A stretch of 64,000 nucleotides of DNA. Source: a bacterium. GTDB lineage: Bacteria > SAR324 > NAC60-12. The translations under genes and the position numbers were made by a program. The notes under the pieces are model-generated. The model saw nothing but the letters and a program-made list of their open reading frames with translations, was not told the DNA's origin and made no database searches. The stretch is taken from positions 192,418-256,417 of the forward strand of contig CBDDTI010000295.1 in the NCBI GenBank assembly GCA_965233585.1, written 5' to 3'. Below, piece by piece: positions 57,705 through 64,000 of this stretch. Numbering within the stretch: the stretch's first letter is position 1; every line of letters begins with the position of its first letter.

Positions 57705-58841
57705 GTGATTTACCTAGACTATGCCGCAACAGCCATTCCTTATCCTGAAGTTGCAAACATTTTTAAAGAAGCCATCACACAAATCACAGGAAACCCCTCA
57801 AGCCAGCATCACTTTGGACGCAAAGCAAGAGTCAAACTAGAACAAGCACGCCAAGAGATTGCAACATGCTTGGAGGTTCCGCATCAAGGTCTTGTGTTCA
57901 CAAGTGGAGGGAGTGAAAGTAACAACACAGTTTTTAAGCAATTTTTGGATTCTCAAGAACCTTGCCATGTGATTACTAGCCAGATAGAACACCCATCAAT
58001 ATTGGCAACATGTCAACTTTTGGAGCAACAACCTCACATGACAGTCAGCTATTTGCCTGTCACTTCAAAAGGAGTTGTTGAACCTGACGCACTTCCATCT
58101 GCCATCACTCCACAGACTCGGTTAATTTCTATCATGGGAGTCAATAATGAACTTGGCACAATACAGCCGATAGAACAACTTGCAGAGACTGCACAATCTT
58201 TTGGAATCCCATTGCACACAGACAGCGTACAATCTCTTGGGAAATGCCATTCGCATTGGAAAAATGCCAACTTTGCTTCTTTTGCTGCTCACAAAATCGG
58301 AGGACCTCTTGGAATTAGTGCGTTGTATTTTGCACAAGAACACACGGGGGCAACACTCATTACAGGGGGCAAACAAGAAAGGGCAAGAAGGGCAGGAACA
58401 GAAAACGTCGCACTGGCTCTTGGATTTGCTTATGCCTTGAAGCAGACCTTTGAAAACTTTTCACAAATCCAGAGACGTCTCAAAACATGGAATCATCAAA
58501 TCATTCAGTCACTTTCTGAAGTTGATGAGTTTTTTCTTTCTTGTCCCGTAGAGTCTTGTGTTCCCCACATTTTAAATTTTGGATTTCATGGAATCACAGC
58601 AGAAAGTTTATTGATTTTGCTAGATTTAGACAAAATTGCCATTTCTGCAGGGTCAGCATGTTCTTCTGGTGCATTAGAACCTAGTACGACTTTGCTTGCA
58701 ATGGGGTTTACAAAAGAAAAGGCAAAATCGGCATTAAGGTTAAGCATGGGCTGGGCGACTACTCAATCTGATGTTGATTTTTTCATTGAACGAACTTTGA
58801 TTCACGTTAAAAAACTACTTTCCAAACGCAAAAAACTCTAA
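57705..58841 (+). CDS. Cysteine desulfurase (IscS/NifS family)
   Basis: IYLDYAAT, FTSGGSESNN, NNELG, AHK, RAGTEN, SAGSACSS. Confidence 0.93.
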   Translation: MIYLDYAATAIPYPEVANIFKEAITQITGNPSSQHHFGRKARVKLEQARQEIATCLEVPHQGLVFTSGGSESNNTVFKQFLDSQEPCHVITSQIEHPSILATCQLLEQQPHMTVSYLPVTSKGVVEPDALPSAITPQTRLISIMGVNNELGTIQPIEQLAETAQSFGIPLHTDSVQSLGKCHSHWKNANFASFAAHKIGGPLGISALYFAQEHTGATLITGGKQERARRAGTENVALALGFAYALKQTFENFSQIQRRLKTWNHQIIQSLSEVDEFFLSCPVESCVPHILNFGFHGITAESLLILLDLDKIAISAGSACSSGALEPSTTLLAMGFTKEKAKSALRLSMGWATTQSDVDFFIERTLIHVKKLLSKRKKL

Positions 58842-58863
58842 TCCTCATTTAATTTTAATCTTG

Positions 58864-59628
58864 ATGTCATCTCAAAATTTATTTTTCAAAAGTCATCAGG
58901 GACTGAGGCTAGCAGCAACTCTTGACCTTCCCAAAGGAAAAGTCGTTGCTTATGCTTTGATGACGCATTGCTTCACCTGTGGTAGAAACTTCAAATCTCT
59001 TTATCGCATCAGTCAAGTTTTAAATCAGCATGGCATTGCCACCTTGCGTTTTGACCACACAGGAATTGGGGAAAGTGAAGGCAATTTTGAAGAAACTAGA
59101 TTTACCACCTACCTTGATGACACTTTAGCGGCAGTAGATTTTTTGAAACAAAATTATCAAGCACCTCAAGTCTTGCTAGGGCATTCACTTGGAGGAACAA
59201 CTCTTTTGGCAAGTGTTGCCAAGATTCCATCAGCACAAGCCATCATCATGCTTGCATCTCCTTCCAATACTTTGTCTCTTGCCAATTTACTTGTCTCTGA
59301 AAGCCCCCAAATTCTGACAGACGGTGTTGGTCAAGTCCAGATGGGAAGTCAAACTTTTGTCGTCAAAAAAGATTTGATTGAAAGTTTACAAAATTTTGAT
59401 GTAGAGTCTTACATTCCCCAAATCAATCAAGCATTACTCGTTTTATATCCTGAAAATGACAAAACAGTGAAGCCATCACATGCCAAAAAGGTCTTTGACC
59501 TTGCAACAACAAAACATAAAAACTGGATTTATCTACCAAAAACAACTCATCTTTTATTGACTCCAGAAGAAGCAAAGTATGCAGGGGATTTGATTGCTCT
59601 GTGGCTTCAACCTTACCTCCTGAAATAA
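58864..59628 (+). CDS. Alpha/beta hydrolase (like the N-terminal domain of hydrolase-OsmC fusions)
   Basis: HCFTCG, LRFD.TG.GESEG.F, GHSLGG. Confidence 0.85.
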   Translation: MSSQNLFFKSHQGLRLAATLDLPKGKVVAYALMTHCFTCGRNFKSLYRISQVLNQHGIATLRFDHTGIGESEGNFEETRFTTYLDDTLAAVDFLKQNYQAPQVLLGHSLGGTTLLASVAKIPSAQAIIMLASPSNTLSLANLLVSESPQILTDGVGQVQMGSQTFVVKKDLIESLQNFDVESYIPQINQALLVLYPENDKTVKPSHAKKVFDLATTKHKNWIYLPKTTHLLLTPEEAKYAGDLIALWLQPYLLK

Positions 59629-59736
59629 GTTGCAGAAGGTTGGGATATTTGCGAAAAATCATAGTGGATTTGATTCTTGATAATATCAGCAGGCAAAGTT
59701 AAAATAGTGGCTTTTTAATCAAAGCCAATCGTTTCT

Positions 59737-60720
59737 TTGAAACAAAGTATTCGTCTTTTACTACTGCTCGTCTGCACCTTCTTACCTATCACTTCACTTC
59801 AGGCAGTCCGTGTCTATGGCAAAGTCAAAATCCCTCAAGATTCACAATTCCCAGACCAGGGGCTAGATGTTGTTTTGCTCAAATTTGGTATCAATGACTC
59901 AGGACAGATTGAAACACAAGGACCAGTTGCTCGCTCCAAAACCGATGCTAATGGGCTGTTTGAGTTTGGTAAAATCACTCCAGAAACCAATGTTGCCTAT
60001 CGCATCGGCAGTCGTTTTGAAGGGAGTTTGATTAGCTCTGATTTTGTCTTCTTAGCAAGAAATCAAGAAGAGCAGTACATAGAGGTCATTGTCCCATCAG
60101 TGGTGGAGTCAGTGGAGGAATTGAAGATAGGAAACTCTGCAATTTTCATTGAATTGTCTGAACCCGGGAAACTCTGGATTACAGAAGCGATTTATGTCAA
60201 TAATCCTCTCAATGACATCATTTCGGCAGAAAACAATCCTTTTGAGATGCGATTAGTTGGAAGCCCCAAAAAATTTCAAATGTTAAGCGAACCAGCCAAT
60301 TCTCAAAATTTTGAGCAACTTGGGGCAACATTGCGATTATTCAAAGCCTTTCCCTCTGGTGAAAATGCGGTAGCATTCCGTTATCAAATTTCTGCACCTC
60401 TTGGAGAACATCGTTTGACCAAACGTTATGCAAACCCTCCTGAATTGGCAAAGGTGTTGCTTCCCCTGAAAGTATTAAACATTGAGTCACCTCAGCTCAA
60501 AATGGCAACCACAGAACAAGTTGGCAACATGGTTTTTCGTTCATGGACTTTTGATAATCCCCAAGATGCAGTTGAATTTACTTTGAAAAATATCCCGACA
60601 AATCAACTCCTCGTTTATGGCTTTGGAGGTGGGGCGGTTCTTTTCATTTTGTTGCTTTGTTTGGCAGGTTTTGTTCTCATCAGGTTAAATAATCGTCAAC
60701 AAAGCACGACTGAAGATTGA
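59737..60720 (+). CDS. Hypothetical exported protein with C-terminal membrane anchor
   Basis: Signal peptide, beta-rich body and one C-terminal transmembrane helix; family not recognised. Confidence 0.65.
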   Translation: MKQSIRLLLLLVCTFLPITSLQAVRVYGKVKIPQDSQFPDQGLDVVLLKFGINDSGQIETQGPVARSKTDANGLFEFGKITPETNVAYRIGSRFEGSLISSDFVFLARNQEEQYIEVIVPSVVESVEELKIGNSAIFIELSEPGKLWITEAIYVNNPLNDIISAENNPFEMRLVGSPKKFQMLSEPANSQNFEQLGATLRLFKAFPSGENAVAFRYQISAPLGEHRLTKRYANPPELAKVLLPLKVLNIESPQLKMATTEQVGNMVFRSWTFDNPQDAVEFTLKNIPTNQLLVYGFGGGAVLFILLLCLAGFVLIRLNNRQQSTTED

Positions 60721-60806
60721 AAGCTGAATCAAGAGAGACATGCCAACTAAATTCGTTTTAGCCTGACAAATCAAAAATTTTTAAACTCTTCGTCAACAAA
60801 AATAAC

Positions 60807-61034
60807 ATGTTTAACAAAAATTTATTTAATAAAAACTTATCATCACTAGGGATACAAGGTTGGATAGACCGCTACAAGACAGAAAAAACAGTCAAGTTTG
60901 GAGTGATTGGCGCCTTGCTTGTTGTCACTTATTTTGGAATCCTATCGCCTTTTATTTCTGCAATCGCAGGGCTGGTACTAGGTTACTTTGCTTACAACGA
61001 CAAGGTTGATGATTCCTGTTTAGAAGAAAATTAG
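60807..61034 (+). CDS. Small hypothetical membrane protein
   Basis: 75 aa with a two-helix hydrophobic segment; ATG start. Confidence 0.5.
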   Translation: MFNKNLFNKNLSSLGIQGWIDRYKTEKTVKFGVIGALLVVTYFGILSPFISAIAGLVLGYFAYNDKVDDSCLEEN

Positions 61035-61388
61035 GAAAAAGATGGCAATATTGGCAACGTACGTCAACACGCAAAACAGACAAAATGTTTTGAGTTTGAC
61101 AAACAAAATGTATGCAAAGTAGGCAGAAACCACTATTCCAATCACAGCCTGTATTTGCATCAACAAAGAAATGTTTTGAACTTGCAGTGCGTGAAATGCC
61201 TGTATGAGGAAGCCAAGGTAAAAAAGGATTCCAAGGCTCGCAGAACGGAAATTTCCCAAAGAAGCATATTTGGAATGATATGCTTTTTGGCATGTTGTTT
61301 TTTTAGAATTTTGCAAGGCATATATTCTTGCCGACACTAAAAGTCCGAAAAACGAAAAAACAAAAACAAAAACTAAATTTTCTATCAT
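61020..61388 (-). CDS. Vitamin K epoxide reductase (VKOR) family protein
   Basis: C...Y.SKYA..G, four transmembrane segments, CLFC redox motif; ATGA overlap with pgsA. Confidence 0.72.
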   Translation of the reverse strand: MIENLVFVFVFSFFGLLVSARIYALQNSKKTTCQKAYHSKYASLGNFRSASLGILFYLGFLIQAFHALQVQNISLLMQIQAVIGIVVSAYFAYILFVKLKTFCLFCVLTYVANIAIFFLIFF

Positions 61389-61951
61389 TCTTGTTCAGAG
61401 AGAATTTTTTGACAGCCTTGCAGATAGGGTACGGCACTCCAGATGCTCAAAAGTGAGGCAGTCCAAAGTAAAACGACACCAACTTCGTGGCTAGGAATCC
61501 AAAACGTTTCTTCGTGCAAAATTAAAAACCCTGTTGCTAGCATTTGACTGATTGTTTTGATTTTACCTTCTTGACCTGCTGGGATAATGACCCCTCTTGA
61601 AGCTGCCATGGAACGGACACCTGAGATTGCAAGCTCTCTCAACGTAATCAAAACGACAGGCAGATGAGGAGCCCGATCCAATGCCACTAACAAAATAAGT
61701 AAGGCAACAATCAGCAGCTTGTCAGCAATCGGGTCAAGCAGTTTGCCCATGTTAGTAATTTGACCAATTTTTCGTGCAAGTACTCCGTCCCAATAATCTG
61801 TTAGGCAAGCAATCAAGTAAACCAGAAAGGCAATGATTAACACAACATGCTGATTAGGATACAGCATGACCAGAGCATAAATCACAGGAATTGAACAGAT
61901 GCGAAAGAGTGTCAAAAAGTTGGGTGTCAGCCAGTTTGGAATCAAAGTCAT
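61385..61951 (-). CDS. pgsA: CDP-diacylglycerol--glycerol-3-phosphate 3-phosphatidyltransferase
   Basis: PNFLTLFRI, TDYWDGVLARK, GKLLDPIADK, RELAISG.R, GKIKT..QM. Confidence 0.95.
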   Translation of the reverse strand: MTLIPNWLTPNFLTLFRICSIPVIYALVMLYPNQHVVLIIAFLVYLIACLTDYWDGVLARKIGQITNMGKLLDPIADKLLIVALLILLVALDRAPHLPVVLITLRELAISGVRSMAASRGVIIPAGQEGKIKTISQMLATGFLILHEETFWIPSHEVGVVLLWTASLLSIWSAVPYLQGCQKILSEQE

Positions 61952-62007
61952 CAGCTTTTAAAATAAACTAGCATAATGGATTTATTGAATATCATCAATC
62001 GCTCACA

Positions 62008-63417
62008 ATGAACTTTTACATCGTCGGTTGGAATTACCGCAAAACTCCCATTGAAATTAGAGAGCGATTTGCAACACCCCTCCTTAAATCTCAACAATTT
62101 GCCAAGCAGCTCAAACAACGTTCAAACTCCAGTGAGTTGACCATTCTTGCAACCTGCAACCGTGTTGAAATTTATTTTTCTTCCCCAGACAGTAAATCCA
62201 GTGCTGAGGTCATTGTTCAAGAAATGGTCAAACTTTGCGGTGTTGTAGAAGCAAACCAGCTTTACTATCAAATCTCTAACATGAAAGCAGTAGAGCATCT
62301 GATACGTGTGATGGTGGGACTAGAATCTATGATTGTTGGCGAGGCTCAAATTTCAGGTCAAGTCAAAGCGGCATATCAAGCAAGTTTAGCATATGCTCAT
62401 GCTGGTAGTTTATTTAAAAACCTTTTCCCCAAAGCCTTTGCTATTGCCAAAAGAATCCGTTCAGAAACGCAAATCTCAAAGATTGCAGTATCGGTGAGTT
62501 TTGCCGCAGTAGAACTAGCGAAGCAAATTTTTGAACACCTTGCAGATTGTTCTGTTTTGATTATTGGCGCAGGTGAGATGGCAGAGCTGGCAGTCAAACA
62601 CTTCATCAAATGCCATGTCTCTAAAATTCTGATTACCAACAGAACTGCGTCAGCTGCAACAAAACTTGCAGAATCCCTACAAGGCATGACTATTCCATTT
62701 CAACAAATTGCTCACTATTTGCCACAGGTGGACATTGTTATCAGCTCCACAGGCGCCCCTTCTTGTATCATCACAAAAGACATGGTGGAACAAGGTCTTG
62801 CCTCACGCAAAAACAAACCTCTTTTTTTTGTGGACATTGCTGTCCCAAGAGATGTTGAGTTTGAAGTCCATGAACTAACAGACGTTTATTGCTATGACAT
62901 TGACAGTCTTCAAAATGTTGTAGATTGCAACCTCAACAAACGTCAAGCACAGATTGCCTCCGCACAAAAAATCATTCTCCAAGAGTTGGAAAATCTGCGT
63001 TGCTGGTTTAAAGCATTCTCTGCCGCTCCTTATATCAGCTCACTGCGTGAATCCTTCCATGAACTCGGCTCACAAGAATTAAAAAATGCCTTAGCCAAAA
63101 TGCCTGACCTTTCGGCTCAAGATCAGGAAAAAATCAGGCATCTTGTCTATTCCCTCATCAACAAACTTTTACACAAACCTTCAGTGAACCTTCGTCAGCT
63201 GAGTGAACAGGTTGATGGACAGGACTATCTTGACCTCACCAATCGTCTCTTTGAACTTCTTCCGTTAGAAGAAGTTTATGAATCTCAAAAACAACATTCA
63301 TTTTTAGAAGAATCCAAAACATGCCAACCTTACGCATTGGCTCAAGAGGAAGCAAACTTGCCTTATGGCAATCAGAGTGGGTCCGCCAGAAAATCTTGGA
63401 AAACTTTCCACGTCTAA
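62008..63417 (+). CDS. hemA: Glutamyl-tRNA reductase
   Basis: TCNRVE, GLESMIVGEAQI, IGAGEMAE, DIAVPRD. Confidence 0.96.
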   Translation: MNFYIVGWNYRKTPIEIRERFATPLLKSQQFAKQLKQRSNSSELTILATCNRVEIYFSSPDSKSSAEVIVQEMVKLCGVVEANQLYYQISNMKAVEHLIRVMVGLESMIVGEAQISGQVKAAYQASLAYAHAGSLFKNLFPKAFAIAKRIRSETQISKIAVSVSFAAVELAKQIFEHLADCSVLIIGAGEMAELAVKHFIKCHVSKILITNRTASAATKLAESLQGMTIPFQQIAHYLPQVDIVISSTGAPSCIITKDMVEQGLASRKNKPLFFVDIAVPRDVEFEVHELTDVYCYDIDSLQNVVDCNLNKRQAQIASAQKIILQELENLRCWFKAFSAAPYISSLRESFHELGSQELKNALAKMPDLSAQDQEKIRHLVYSLINKLLHKPSVNLRQLSEQVDGQDYLDLTNRLFELLPLEEVYESQKQHSFLEESKTCQPYALAQEEANLPYGNQSGSARKSWKTFHV

Positions 63418-64000
63418 ATATTGAAATCATCACCATTCAAACCAAAGGAGATTTGATTTTAGACCGCACATTGTCCTTAGTTGGCGGTAAGGGGTTGTTT
63501 GTCAAAGAACTGGAAGTGGCTTTACTCAAAGGTGAGATAGACCTTGCTGTGCATAGCATGAAGGATTTACCTGCGATGCTTCCTGATGGTTTGGAGATTT
63601 CTGTTGTCTCACAACGAGAAGACCCACGAGATGCGTTGGTCTCCTCTAAAACATTAAATGAGCTTGGGGCAGGTAGTTTGGTCGGAACAGCATCTTTGAG
63701 AAGGCAAGCACAGCTCAAACACTTGCGTCCAGACCTTCAAGTCAACGTTTTACGTGGAAATGTTGAAACGAGAATCAGCAAAATCCAATCAGGACAGTAT
63801 GATGCAGGAATCATGGCACTTGCAGGCATCAAAAGGCTTGGATTAGAACATGTCATCAGCGAGGTCTTTCCAACTTCAACAATGCTTCCTGCCGTTGCTC
63901 AAGGGGCTTTAGGACTTGAAACACGATGCGAGGATTCCCAAACTTTTGAAGTGATTCGGCACATTCATCATCAAGAAACAGCTGTCTGTGTGAAAGCAGA
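63321..64000 (+). CDS. hemC: Hydroxymethylbilane synthase (3' partial; absent from the ORF track)
   Basis: Read directly from sequence: MPTLRIGSRGSKLALWQ...TKGD...GGKGLFVKELE...AVHSMKD...GTASLRR...RGNVETR. Confidence 0.96.
   Translation, partial: MPTLRIGSRGSKLALWQSEWVRQKILENFPRLNIEIITIQTKGDLILDRTLSLVGGKGLFVKELEVALLKGEIDLAVHSMKDLPAMLPDGLEISVVSQREDPRDALVSSKTLNELGAGSLVGTASLRRQAQLKHLRPDLQVNVLRGNVETRISKIQSGQYDAGIMALAGIKRLGLEHVISEVFPTSTMLPAVAQGALGLETRCEDSQTFEVIRHIHHQETAVCVKA

Noticed and set aside
483..63718. Numerous short antisense or alternate-frame ORFs in the track
   Set aside because: They lie within well-supported genes and show no recognisable motifs or start signals.

Overview
Bacterial genomic DNA, roughly 35-45% GC by eye, with no rRNA, tRNA or CRISPR array found. 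It falls into five blocks. (1) 1-26.7 kb is an aromatic-catabolism supercluster. It holds a paaE-Y-F-G-H-I-K phenylacetate operon and the full homogentisate pathway (hmgA, maiA, FAH, acetoacetate-CoA ligase, thiolase) but no hppD. Between these sit an amide/urea-type ABC importer, two paralogous phenylalanine-oxidase/IaaM-like flavoenzymes, an IaaH-like amidase, and an MBL-fold protein / FAD monooxygenase / small DUF2783-like trio. My best candidate for an undescribed system is an 'amide route' (Phe/Tyr -> aryl-acetamide -> aryl-acetate) feeding both ring-cleavage pathways. (2) 27.2-33.8 kb is a TolC-MFP-RND pump whose adaptor has both hairpin arms lengthened by exactly 64 aa. (3) 33.9-43.2 kb is a plastic region: two repeat-rich surface lipoproteins, two inverted IS1 copies, a palindromic-repeat cluster and an IS-truncated DNA methyltransferase pair. 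(4) 46.8-57.6 kb is an AT-rich nonulosonate-like sugar locus carrying a 15x heptamer repeat in a methyltransferase, a HEPN/MNT pair and a PL8 lyase. (5) Housekeeping genes: ruvB, pyrB, iscS-like, pgsA, hemA, hemC. All family calls come from motif recognition by eye; no searches were run.
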